From contig OZ245777.1 of the NCBI GenBank assembly GCA_965227775.1, forward strand, positions 800,001-864,000: a DNA stretch of 64,000 bases, written 5' to 3'. Of this stretch, positions 29,673 to 39,180 are shown one piece after another. Position 1 is the first letter of the stretch. Every line of letters starts with the position of its first letter. The translations under genes and the position numbers were made by a program. The notes under the pieces were generated by a model. The model was not told where the DNA came from and made no database searches. It saw only the letters and a list, made by a program, of their open reading frames with translations. The DNA is from Phycisphaerales bacterium (GTDB taxonomy: Bacteria > Planctomycetota > Phycisphaerae > Phycisphaerales > UBA1924).

Positions 29673-31147
29673 CCCCCGTGCGTATCGCGTGGCTCGTCGT
29701 GGCGTTGATGGCTGCGGCCATCTCTCGCCCGGCTCATGCCCTCGCGAACGACGCGTACGGCGAAGAACTCTTCACAAGGCTGCCGGACAGCGTATCGGGC
29801 GCGTTCTCGATCGATGATGCGACGGCCCTTCGCACGAGCGAGGTTGGCGAGTCGATCCGCAAGTGGATGACCGAGCGCGGCGCGATGCCCCAGACGCGTC
29901 GCGCATGGACGCTGCTCTCGAATCGGCTCGGCGTGAGCGACGTCGAGGCGTTCGACGGCTTGCTTGGTGGCAACACCGTGCTCGCGTTTGGCCAGAAGGA
30001 TGAGGCCGCGCACATCGACTGGATGGTGCTCACCGCGGTCGACACCGCGATGGACGTCCGGCTGTTGCAGCGCACGCGTGCCGTGCCGCGCAAGCTGGCG
30101 TACGGCCGGGCGGTGCTGGGGCTCGAGGAAGAGTCGTTCCTGCTCGCGACACTCCCGCCGCTGCGTGATGGGCGAAGCGTCGTTGCGCTCGCGCCCGCTG
30201 GCGCCGAATGGCTGCTCTTGCGCACGCTCGCGGTGTCGGCGGGCAAGGCCGAAGCGGTCGACGCCGCGGTCTTGCGGACCGCCCCCACCGACGCCATCGT
30301 GCGCGGGTTCTGGGAGCCGTCAGGCGCAGCGGGCATCTTCAACGACATCGAGGGATGGTTCTGGGGGCCGTCGGAGCGCATGCACCGCGTCGCGGTGTGG
30401 GCGCGCACCGACGCGGCGACGGTTGAGATCGGCCTATGCCCCGCGGACGGAACCAAGGCCGTGGGACTCGCGCCCCCCGAATCGGCCGAGGACGTACTGC
30501 TCGATGTGGTCGGGCCGGGGTCGGCGATCGTGTCGAGTGTGCTGGAGCGGTCGGGGCTCGCGGGACTGATTCCCGAGGGTCTTCTCGTCACCAGGCAGAC
30601 CGGCGAGATCGTGGTTCGGCGTGGGCCGGACGGCATCGACCTGGGCGCCCGGCTGCCGCTCGCCGAACCGGTTGCCCACGCCATCGGGATGGACGCACCG
30701 CCCAAGGGTGAGATCGGCCAGGTCCGTGTTCGCGAACTCTCCGAGACGCCGTCGTCGCGCGCGATCTTCGGGCCCAAGCCGCAGCTCGCGTGGACGCTGC
30801 TGACCGAGGAGCCCGGTCGAGCGAAGCTGCTGGCCGCGGTGACCTCGGGCGAGGCCCGCGCGATCGTGAAGGGCGACGAGGCGAAGTCGGCGGCGGTCCA
30901 CATCGTGGGGCAGGCCATCGACCGACCGAACCCGACCACGCCCGGCGTGCACGGGACCGCCCACCCGAACGAGCTGTGGGAGCTGCTCAGCGGCACGCTG
31001 TCTTCCGAAGAACCAGCGACCGGGGCGAGCCCGGGGGTGGTGTCGATCCTGGCGCTGCTCGAGCGGGCGTCGTGGGCGGTCGAGGTGATATCGGGCGAGG
31101 TACGCGGCGGAATCGTGCTGGAATTGCGGGCCGGCGCGACGCCCTAG
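29669..31147 (+). CDS. Secreted/periplasmic hypothetical protein
   Basis: Signal peptide (AHA) and GTGA overlap with the anti-sigma gene. Confidence 0.7.
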   Translation: MTPVRIAWLVVALMAAAISRPAHALANDAYGEELFTRLPDSVSGAFSIDDATALRTSEVGESIRKWMTERGAMPQTRRAWTLLSNRLGVSDVEAFDGLLGGNTVLAFGQKDEAAHIDWMVLTAVDTAMDVRLLQRTRAVPRKLAYGRAVLGLEEESFLLATLPPLRDGRSVVALAPAGAEWLLLRTLAVSAGKAEAVDAAVLRTAPTDAIVRGFWEPSGAAGIFNDIEGWFWGPSERMHRVAVWARTDAATVEIGLCPADGTKAVGLAPPESAEDVLLDVVGPGSAIVSSVLERSGLAGLIPEGLLVTRQTGEIVVRRGPDGIDLGARLPLAEPVAHAIGMDAPPKGEIGQVRVRELSETPSSRAIFGPKPQLAWTLLTEEPGRAKLLAAVTSGEARAIVKGDEAKSAAVHIVGQAIDRPNPTTPGVHGTAHPNELWELLSGTLSSEEPATGASPGVVSILALLERASWAVEVISGEVRGGIVLELRAGATP

Positions 31148-31251
31148 CAACGCGCGCGGCGCCGGCCGCGACTACCCTTGCCTTCGCACGCTGAGATCGG
31201 CACCGGTGGCTCGCCGGCGACGCGGGATCTCCCCTTGGATTGCAATCTCTT

Positions 31252-33123
31252 ATGGCCGACGCAGGCATCCGGAACGTGGCGATCATCGCCCACGTCGATC
31301 ATGGCAAGACCTCGCTCGTGGACGGACTGCTCCGCCAGTCGGGCAACTTCCGCGCGGGCGAGCTCGAGAAGCTCGCCGGTGGGCGCGGCGATCTCATCAT
31401 GGATAGCAACCCGCTCGAACGCGAGCGGGGCATCACCATCCTCTCCAAGAACTGCGGCGTGCGCTACGCACGGCCCGATGGGCAGAACTTTGCCATCAAC
31501 ATTATTGATACGCCGGGCCACGCCGACTTCGGCGGAGAGGTCGAACGCGTGCTGCGCATGGCCGACGGCGCGCTGCTGCTGGTCGATGCATTCGAGGGCC
31601 CGATGCCCCAGACGCGCTTCGTGCTGGGCAAGGCGCTCGAGGCGGGACTGAAGCCGCTGGTGGTCATCAACAAGTGTGACCGCCCCGATGCGCGCCCGCA
31701 GGGCGTCATTAACGAGGTCTTCGACCTGCTCGTTGAGCTGGGCGCCGAAGACCACGCGATGGACTTCCCGGTAATCTACGCATCGGCCCGTGATGGTTGG
31801 GCCTCTGCCGAGCAGGGCGCGACGGGCACGGACCTGCGGCCGCTGTTCGAGGCGATCCTGGAGCACGTGCCCGTCCCCGACGACGACGCGAGCGCGCCGC
31901 TGCAGGCGCTCGTCACGACGCTGGCGTACAGCGAGTACGTCGGCCGAATCGGCATTGGCCGCGTGTTTGCCGGCGAGTTGCAGCAGGGCCAGACGGTCGC
32001 CATGCTCAAGCGCGACGGCAGCCGGAAGGACGTGCGGCTGACGGGGTTGCAGCGCTTCGAGGGGTTGGGCCGCGTGGATACCGCGAGCGTGCGCGCGGGC
32101 GACCTCTTCGCGGCCGTCGGCATCGAGAGCGTGGACATCGGCGATACGCTGGCGGACCCCGAGGTAGCCGAGCCGCTGCCGCCGGTGACGATCGACGAGC
32201 CGACGGTGTCGATCGTCATGCGCATCAATGACTCGCCCTTCGGCGGACAAGACGGCAAGTTTGTCACGAGCCGGCAGATCCGCGAGCGTCTGGACAAGGA
32301 GCTGCAGAGCAACGTGGCGCTACGCGTCGAGCCCGGCGCGTCAGCTGATGAGTTCATCGTGGCGGGGCGTGGCCTCTTGCACCTGGGCATCCTCTTCGAG
32401 ACGATGCGGCGTGAGGGCTACGAGATGAGCATCGGCCGGCCACGCGTGATCATCAAGGACATCGAAGATGTGGCCCACGAGCCGCTGGAGGTCCTGGTCG
32501 TCGATGCACCGGTAGCCAACGTGGGCAAGGTGATGGAGCTCGTCGGCGCTCGCAAGGGCGAGCTGAAGAAGATGGAAGACCGCGGCAGCCACACGAGCCA
32601 CCTGGTCTTCGAGATCACCAGCCGGTCGCTCATCGGCCTGCGCAGCCGCCTGCTGACGGCGACACAAGGCGAGGCGATCATGAGCCACCGCTTTGAATGC
32701 TACGTGCCCATGATGAGCGAGGCCGCCGGCCGGCAGAACGGCGTGATGATCGCCACCGAGGCCGGCCAGGTGACCGCGTACGCCGTCGAGCAGCTGCACG
32801 ACCGCGGCATCTTGTTCGTCAAGCCGGGCGACAAGGTGTATGGAGGCCAGGTCGTCGGCGAGCACAACCGCGACAACGACATCCCCGTCAACATCGTTCG
32901 GCTTAAGGCCCTCACCAACATCCGCAGCGCCAACAAGGAAGCGACCGTGACGCTCAAGGCGCCGAGGGCCATCACGCTCGAGGACGCGCTCGAGTACATC
33001 GAGGACGACGAGCTTGTCGAGCTCACCCCCACCAGCGTCCGCCTGCGCAAGAAGATCCTCGACGAGGGCATGCGGAAGCGTGCGGAGCGGCAGAAGAAGG
33101 ATAAGGAGAAGGTGGGGGTGTGA
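31252..33123 (+). CDS. typA: Translational GTPase TypA/BipA
   Basis: [41 protein letters not shown] and MRREGYE. Confidence 0.97.
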   Translation: MADAGIRNVAIIAHVDHGKTSLVDGLLRQSGNFRAGELEKLAGGRGDLIMDSNPLERERGITILSKNCGVRYARPDGQNFAINIIDTPGHADFGGEVERVLRMADGALLLVDAFEGPMPQTRFVLGKALEAGLKPLVVINKCDRPDARPQGVINEVFDLLVELGAEDHAMDFPVIYASARDGWASAEQGATGTDLRPLFEAILEHVPVPDDDASAPLQALVTTLAYSEYVGRIGIGRVFAGELQQGQTVAMLKRDGSRKDVRLTGLQRFEGLGRVDTASVRAGDLFAAVGIESVDIGDTLADPEVAEPLPPVTIDEPTVSIVMRINDSPFGGQDGKFVTSRQIRERLDKELQSNVALRVEPGASADEFIVAGRGLLHLGILFETMRREGYEMSIGRPRVIIKDIEDVAHEPLEVLVVDAPVANVGKVMELVGARKGELKKMEDRGSHTSHLVFEITSRSLIGLRSRLLTATQGEAIMSHRFECYVPMMSEAAGRQNGVMIATEAGQVTAYAVEQLHDRGILFVKPGDKVYGGQVVGEHNRDNDIPVNIVRLKALTNIRSANKEATVTLKAPRAITLEDALEYIEDDELVELTPTSVRLRKKILDEGMRKRAERQKKDKEKVGV

Positions 33124-33127
33124 GCCA

Positions 33128-33904
33128 ATGCCGGAGCTCACACTCGAGCAAATTCGAAGGGACTGGGGGCGACCGGCTTCGGTCTTGATCCCATCATCCA
33201 AGCAGCGAGCGCGCAAGGACAGCAGTTGGATTGGGCGTGTGACGCTCGCTCGGCGCGGCGAGGCCTGGCCGGCGTGGCAGGGGCGGCCGCTCGCCCCGCT
33301 GTGCCAGCTCAGGCTCGATCAAGCGCCGTTCGTGCCTGAGGAACTCCGCGATATCGCGTGCATCACGATCTTTGTGGACTTCGATGACGAGGGGGTCGCG
33401 GCAACTCTGCTCGACGAGCATGAGCAGTATCGTGATCAATGCCTTGTGCCCAACGGCCGAGCCTGGGCACTGCGTGCGTACCAAGCGGTCGATGAACTCG
33501 CAGAGATCAAGGCACCGAAGCCGCACTGGCCGTTCTCAGCCAAGCCTGGTAAGTGGGTCTTCGTTGAGCGAGACATTCCAACGGATCACGAGTTCTCCGA
33601 TGACGCACTCGATATCGAGAATTGGCCTGAGGAGGCGCACGACGCTCGGCTCAATGGCGTCCGTCTCGGGGGTTGGCCCAGCATCATTCAGTGGCCGCTA
33701 CCTTGGGGGCCGAGGCGGCTCCCGCCGATGACGTTCTCCGGCAAACCGGTCCCGTGGACTCGCCCAAAGTTCGACCCCCAATTCGCGCTCGAGGTCACCT
33801 CGATTCCCGAGTGCTGCCTTTGCATCTACGACGCCGGAGCGTTCTTCTTTGGCCGGGGTCGGAAGGACCGAATGCGGTGGTGCTTCTCGTCCGACTCCGC
33901 TTAA
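33128..33904 (+). CDS. DUF1963/YwqG-like protein
   Basis: SWIGRV...EAWP...PLCQL, RLGGWPSIIQ and YDAGAFFF patterns. Confidence 0.65.
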   Translation: MPELTLEQIRRDWGRPASVLIPSSKQRARKDSSWIGRVTLARRGEAWPAWQGRPLAPLCQLRLDQAPFVPEELRDIACITIFVDFDDEGVAATLLDEHEQYRDQCLVPNGRAWALRAYQAVDELAEIKAPKPHWPFSAKPGKWVFVERDIPTDHEFSDDALDIENWPEEAHDARLNGVRLGGWPSIIQWPLPWGPRRLPPMTFSGKPVPWTRPKFDPQFALEVTSIPECCLCIYDAGAFFFGRGRKDRMRWCFSSDSA

Positions 33905-34025
33905 TCGCATCCCCTTCCCCCAGCCCCAAACCCCTGCTAACATCTCGACCCGCCACGGCACGGGCCCCAAGCCGGGAGGCCGACTCCCGCCCCATTGGCT
34001 GTGCGGCACTTGATAGGTATCTGCC

Positions 34026-34352
34026 ATGTACGCGATCATCGAAGAGTCGGGCGGCCAGCGCAAGGTGACCGAGGGCGAGGAGATCCTCATCGACCTCTAC
34101 AAGGGTGGTGAAGCTGGCAAGGGCGACCCCGTCACCTTCGACAAGGTCCTGGTGATCGGCGATGCGGGCGGCTCGGCCAAGGTCGGCACCCCGCACGTCG
34201 GCGGCGCGAGCGTGACGGCCGAGGTCATCGAGCCGGCCGTCAAGGGCGACAAGATCGACATCCACAAGTACCGGCCCAAGAAGGCCTCGCGCAGCAAGAC
34301 CGGCCACCGCCAGCGCTACACGCTGGTGAAGGTAACCGGCCTGAAGGGCTGA
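34026..34352 (+). CDS. rplU: 50S ribosomal protein L21
   Basis: MYAIIEESGGQRKV, FDKVL and GHRQRYT. Confidence 0.97.
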   Translation: MYAIIEESGGQRKVTEGEEILIDLYKGGEAGKGDPVTFDKVLVIGDAGGSAKVGTPHVGGASVTAEVIEPAVKGDKIDIHKYRPKKASRSKTGHRQRYTLVKVTGLKG

Positions 34353-34380
34353 CGCCGCTCTCCAACGCGACCACACGAAG

Positions 34381-34413
34381 ACACCCGCCCCCCGAGAACG
34401 GAAGGGCGGGTGT
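34381..34413. terminator. Terminator hairpin after rplU, between convergent genes
   Basis: 10-bp inverted repeat ACACCCGCCC/GGGCGGGTGT. Confidence 0.65.
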
Positions 34414-34461
34414 TGTGCTTCCCGCGATTGGGAAGGAGAACGGGTTCGCTGAGCGCCGGGC

Positions 34462-36435
34462 TTATGGGCAGCCGGCCTCGATCAACTGGATCGCCTCGAG
34501 CACGTCGAACGTGTCGAGCGTGCCAAACGGCGCGGCCAGGTCTGTCCGCATGTCGCCGAGCTCGAAGAGGTTGACGAACGCGAGCAGGTCGAAGAAGTCC
34601 AGGCCCGGCGTGCCGTCGAGATCAACAACCGAGCACGGCCCGATGTGGAGCAGCTGGTTGCCGATCGAGTCGACCGTGCCCTCGACGACGGTCGCGTCGA
34701 CGCCGCCCGGCCACTGGATCGTGACGCGCAGCGGATCGTCGCCCTCGGCATCGGCCCCGAGACCGAAGTAGGCCTCAGCGGGTTCCTGGCCGGCCATGCT
34801 GATGCCAGCGGTGATGGTGCGGATCATGTCGAGCTGGGCGGCAGCGCCGTCGAGTTCGACGCGGACCATGGCGCCGATCGCGTGGAAGTTGGCGCCCTCC
34901 ATGCGCGGGCGGACCGTGATGTACGAGGCCTGGGGACCATCGTCATCGGGCTTGTTCTGCAGGAGCTTGATGGCCGACTCGTCGCAGCGGGGCGAGATGG
35001 CCGAGAGCATGACGGTGTGCAGCAGGTCGACGCAGCCGTCGCGGTTGATGTCGGCGCCGACGATGGTGGAGCCGCGCTCGATGATGGTCAGCGCGTCGCT
35101 CACCTGCTCGGTGAAGTGGACGTTGTCGGGGTCGCCGTCGTGGATCATCATGCGCGGCCGATCGACGCACGAGTTGAACCCGTTGGTGATGAGCAGGTCG
35201 GGCCAGCCGTCGCGGTCCATGTCCTGGAAGGTTGTGCCCCAGCCCCATCCAAACTTGCCGCCCTGCTGGCTCACGCCCGCTTCGAGCGCGGCTTCGATGT
35301 AGGTCGGCTCGTCGGACTGCGACAGGAAGAAGTTGTTGTGCAGCGCCGAGCCGGGCGTGTCGGTAATGGTGACGAAGATGTCCATCACGCCGTCGGCGTT
35401 GGCGTCGGCGATCGACACGCCCATGTCGGTCTCGGGCATCGGGTCGGTCACGCCCGCGGTATCGGTGACATCGAGCATGGGGTTGAGCAGCATGACGCCC
35501 GGGCGATCGGGGTCTTCAAAGCTGCCCTGGTTGATCCACATGTGGTTCTTGTCCATGTCGCAGGCGCCGTAGATGTCCAGCATCCCGTCGCCGTTGAAGT
35601 CATGCATGACAATCTGCCAGAAGCTACCGAAGTGGTCGACGCCGGGCTCTGCGACACCGGGAGCGAAGACGTCGATCGAGACGTCCTCGAACTTGCGGCC
35701 GCCGGTGTCGGCGTCGGGTAGGTTCAGCAGCAGGCGCGCGCCGATCTCGTCCGGCTCGTTCTCACCCGCGGCGGACCAGAGCCCGATCATCAGATCGACG
35801 TGGCCGTCGCCGTTCACGTCTCCGGCAGCGAGGCTGCCGATGTGCCGCAGCAGCGAGAGCGCGCCCGACCCGGGATCGAGCCCGCGATGGTCGCTCACGA
35901 GATCGAGGTCGGCGATGCCGGTTGCGTCGCTCACGTCCTCGAACGTGCCATCGGGAAGCTGGCGGTAGAGCCGCGGCGTGGCCCAGTCCCACTCGATGGC
36001 GTCGATGGGGCTGAAGAACGAGTCGCCCGCGACGATGAGGTCGAGGCGGCGATCGCCGTCGTAGTCGAACCACAGCGCGACGCGCGAGCGCGGCTTGTCG
36101 GCACCGTCGCCTCCCGAAACACCCAGCTCGCTCGCACGCTCGGTGAACGTGCCGTCGCCGTTGTTGACGTACAGAAGGTCGGGCATGCCCTCGGTGTTGG
36201 GCACGAAGAAGTCGATGTGCCCGTCGTTGTCGTAGTCGGCCGCGGCCAGTCCGGCGATCATCCCCATCGCCGAGCGGTACGCGGTCCGTTCGATGCCGGC
36301 GTCGCGGCTGACGTCTTCGAGCGTGAAGTCCTGGGCCGACGCGATGCCGCAGGCAAGGCCCGTCGCGAGGACTACCCGCCACGCGGGCACGCGAACACGA
36401 TCGGGCATCACGCCCTTCTTCATCGAAACACTCAT
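34462..36435 (-). CDS. CRTAC1/ASPIC-UnbV FG-GAP repeat protein with divergent dockerin-like tail
   Basis: Multiple D-x-D/N-x-DG repeats, GWGWGTTFQD, AIGAMVRV, AYFGLG and IQWPGG. C-terminal DLDGTPGLDFFD. Confidence 0.85.
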   Translation of the reverse strand: MSVSMKKGVMPDRVRVPAWRVVLATGLACGIASAQDFTLEDVSRDAGIERTAYRSAMGMIAGLAAADYDNDGHIDFFVPNTEGMPDLLYVNNGDGTFTERASELGVSGGDGADKPRSRVALWFDYDGDRRLDLIVAGDSFFSPIDAIEWDWATPRLYRQLPDGTFEDVSDATGIADLDLVSDHRGLDPGSGALSLLRHIGSLAAGDVNGDGHVDLMIGLWSAAGENEPDEIGARLLLNLPDADTGGRKFEDVSIDVFAPGVAEPGVDHFGSFWQIVMHDFNGDGMLDIYGACDMDKNHMWINQGSFEDPDRPGVMLLNPMLDVTDTAGVTDPMPETDMGVSIADANADGVMDIFVTITDTPGSALHNNFFLSQSDEPTYIEAALEAGVSQQGGKFGWGWGTTFQDMDRDGWPDLLITNGFNSCVDRPRMMIHDGDPDNVHFTEQVSDALTIIERGSTIVGADINRDGCVDLLHTVMLSAISPRCDESAIKLLQNKPDDDGPQASYITVRPRMEGANFHAIGAMVRVELDGAAAQLDMIRTITAGISMAGQEPAEAYFGLGADAEGDDPLRVTIQWPGGVDATVVEGTVDSIGNQLLHIGPCSVVDLDGTPGLDFFDLLAFVNLFELGDMRTDLAAPFGTLDTFDVLEAIQLIEAGCP

Positions 36436-36676
36436 TCTGGAAACCCCCGTCTCCTGCCGAGCGCCGCGGGAGCAAGCGCTCGAATTCCCCGTTCTCGCTG
36501 CGTTTTACTTTCGCAGCCTGGATCAGGCGCAGGCCCTCGGCCGGGAGGCGGTCGGGGGCCACGAGAAGCGCCAACCAACTTTTGCCAATATCTCAGAAAG
36601 GGCCTGCCGTGTCAAGCCCATTTACATGCTGGGGCCGGTAAAAATACCCGATCCCTCGCACGAAAACGGGGTTTGC

Positions 36677-37438
36677 ATGCCCGATCCAGAGGTCCCCACA
36701 CCCCCAGAGTTCGACCGCGAGCCTGTCCGGAAGCCCCAGAGCGCCGGCCCTGACAGGGATCTGGGAGAGATCATCTCGGCCGTGACCGATGGCTGGACCT
36801 GCCCTGAGTGCCGGTACGAACTCAAGGGCCAGTCCATCCATGTCGAGCCGACGTACCGCTTCCTGGTCAGCCGCTGCCCCGAGTGCGGCCGCGTGTGGCC
36901 CGCACAGATGCAGGACCTCAGGCCCGCCGTCCGCCGCCGCCTCGCGTCGACTTCGGCGTTCCTGTGGTGGGCACTAGTAGGCGGCGGGCTGCTGGGCATC
37001 GGCATGTACCTGTTCGGCATGGCAGCCTCGGCGGCGAGCTGGGCCCGCTGGCGGGGCGACATCTTCGGTTGGGTCGCACTGAGCGACATCCTCTGGCACC
37101 CGCCCGTGATGCTGGTCGCGGCGGTTACCGCGGCGATCGGATTGTCCCACCTGTCCACGCGGCGCTTGCTGCTGCTCGCGATCGCACCGGCGGTCATCGG
37201 CTTCCTGAGCACGGTCGCGCTGCTGCTGAGCGACATCGGGCGCAACGCGCTGACCGAAGAGGTCATGGCGGCCATGATCCACCTGGGTGCGGGCTACGTC
37301 GCGATGGTCCTGGCGGTGCTGGTCGCTCGGCCGATCGCGCGACTCATCACGCTGGTGTTCATGAGCAAGAACATGCGGATCACGGTCTCCGGCTTGTGGA
37401 CCGCAGAGGGGCGCACCCCGCCGTGGCTGAACACCTAG
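36677..37438 (+). CDS. Membrane protein with zinc-ribbon (CPECRYEL...CPECG)
   Basis: N-terminal double CxxC followed by about 4 TM helices. Confidence 0.7.
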   Translation: MPDPEVPTPPEFDREPVRKPQSAGPDRDLGEIISAVTDGWTCPECRYELKGQSIHVEPTYRFLVSRCPECGRVWPAQMQDLRPAVRRRLASTSAFLWWALVGGGLLGIGMYLFGMAASAASWARWRGDIFGWVALSDILWHPPVMLVAAVTAAIGLSHLSTRRLLLLAIAPAVIGFLSTVALLLSDIGRNALTEEVMAAMIHLGAGYVAMVLAVLVARPIARLITLVFMSKNMRITVSGLWTAEGRTPPWLNT

Positions 37439-37992
37439 GCCTCGGCCGCTCGCACGAACGTGCCGCGCTGTCGATCCTTCTCCACACCTGGGAAGGGCAG
37501 CGCTCGCCCATGAAACACGCACCACACGCCCGGATCGAGCGCACCCGTGGCGAAGAGCGCCTCGGTCAGGTTCTGCACACCATCGCTGCGCTGCATGGCG
37601 AAGGGGCGCATGGCGCCCGTCAGGATGATCGGGATCGAGAGGCCCTCAAGCTGTTCATGGAGCAGCGTGCCGGTGTGCGCCAGCGTGTCAGTGCCGTGCA
37701 GGATGACGATGCCCGTGGGCTTCGGTGAGGCCTCGAGCGACTGGCGGACGGCCCCGAGGATGGCCTGGCGATCATCGTCGGTGATGTCGAGGCTGTCCTT
37801 GCTCATGATCTCGCGCACGGAGACCTCGGCGCCGCTCAGGCGGAAGCGGGCGAGCTTGCGGCGGACGATCGACCGATGGTTGGCCAGCGTGCCGGTGTAC
37901 TCGTCGTAGGTCTTCTCGATGGTGCCGCCGGTGGTGAGCACGACGATGCGTCGCTCGGTGGGCAGCGGCTGCGGCTTGGACTCTGACGCCAT
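37435..37992 (-). CDS. Asparaginase N-terminal-domain protein
   Basis: TTGGTI, DSLD, HGTDT and LTGAM. Confidence 0.88.
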   Translation of the reverse strand: MASESKPQPLPTERRIVVLTTGGTIEKTYDEYTGTLANHRSIVRRKLARFRLSGAEVSVREIMSKDSLDITDDDRQAILGAVRQSLEASPKPTGIVILHGTDTLAHTGTLLHEQLEGLSIPIILTGAMRPFAMQRSDGVQNLTEALFATGALDPGVWCVFHGRALPFPGVEKDRQRGTFVRAAEA

Positions 37993-38073
37993 GGGCGGTT
38001 ATAGGCCCGCGTGCGACGCCGCCGGAGCAGACACGGCCGCGCATCCCTGGGTACGCACACCAGGAGCCTCCCC

Positions 38074-38169
38074 ATGACCACGAACCTGCGCACCGTGAAC
38101 GCCAAGCCCGCCAACGACAAGCCCGTGGTCCACCCCGGCGGCATCTTCCCGCTGGTCTTCAGCGTGTAG
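38074..38169 (+). CDS. Small peptide, 31 aa: MTTNLRTVNAKPANDKPVVHPGGIFPLVFSV
   Basis: AGGAG SD 7 nt before the ATG. Every codon ends in G or C. It fills the gap between the asparaginase gene and a convergent gene and is below the ORF-track cutoff. Confidence 0.7.
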   Translation: MTTNLRTVNAKPANDKPVVHPGGIFPLVFSV

Positions 38170-38172
38170 CGA

Positions 38173-39090
38173 TCACGGGCAGCCCGCGTCGAACTCGTTC
38201 TGGAACGCCAAGAAGTCGAAGATCGTCAGCTCGCCGTCGCCATCGAAGTCGGCGAGAAGGTCGCCCGCGTCGAACGCGTTTTGGAATGCGAGAAAGTCGA
38301 AGATCGTGAGTTCGCCGTCGCCGTCAATGTCGGCGCGGCAGGGAGACTCGAGCGGGCCGAGCCACGCGGCGCCACCGGTCGCGTTGCTATCGGTGTAGGG
38401 ATTGGTGAACGCGATCCACTCGCCACCGGGGCCTTGCGACAAATCGTACGAGAACGCTGGCACGCCATCGCCGCCGCGCGTCGAGAGGATGTAGACGGTG
38501 TTGTTACCGATGGCCATCGCACGCCCTTGCGTGTTGCTCGCGGGGAACGGATCAACGATCTTGGTCATCTCCTGCGCACCGATATCGATGGCGTAGAGGC
38601 CAGAGTCGCCAAACTCGGTGTAGCCATAGAGCAGCCCATCGGCGGCGTTGTAGTCGAGCGCGAAGAAGCGGAAGTTTGTGCCCGTGTGGATGTCGTAGAC
38701 CAGCCGCGTGGCGCCGGTCGCCGGATCGATGCTGTAGATGCCCTTGGTGCTCGAGAAATTCGAATAGCCGTACAGCGTCTGGCCGTCGTACGCCAACGCG
38801 TGGACATCGCGATCGATGGTCGCAAGGCGGCGGGGCGAGCCGGTGAAGTCGTGCTCGTACAGCACGGTCGTGAACGGGCCGTTGCAGAGGAAGACGCTGC
38901 AGTCGCCGCGGCCAGCTGCGCCACTCACGTCGGTGCGCACGCCCGGCACGTAGCTCACGCTGGGGAAGCCGGCAAGGTCCGACGTGTACGTCGTGGGCGA
39001 ACTCGACTCGAGCCCGACGAATACCTGGGCGTGGGCCACCGTGGCCATGAATCCGCACGCGACGCTCCCGGAGATCACCGTGATGCTCAT
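38173..39090 (-). CDS. Secreted beta-propeller-like protein with C-terminal dockerin-like domain
   Basis: Signal peptide (AHA-Q), LAYDG/LYGY repeats and CRADIDGDGELTIFDFLAFQN repeated twice. GGAGG SD upstream. Confidence 0.8.
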   Translation of the reverse strand: MSITVISGSVACGFMATVAHAQVFVGLESSSPTTYTSDLAGFPSVSYVPGVRTDVSGAAGRGDCSVFLCNGPFTTVLYEHDFTGSPRRLATIDRDVHALAYDGQTLYGYSNFSSTKGIYSIDPATGATRLVYDIHTGTNFRFFALDYNAADGLLYGYTEFGDSGLYAIDIGAQEMTKIVDPFPASNTQGRAMAIGNNTVYILSTRGGDGVPAFSYDLSQGPGGEWIAFTNPYTDSNATGGAAWLGPLESPCRADIDGDGELTIFDFLAFQNAFDAGDLLADFDGDGELTIFDFLAFQNEFDAGCP

Positions 39091-39180
39091 GCCTTCGCCT
39101 CCCTCGCGCGCAACCCAATGAAAAGGGCGCCGCCGCATGGTGCGACGGCGCCCTGGATATGGATCGGACCGCGTGATGCG

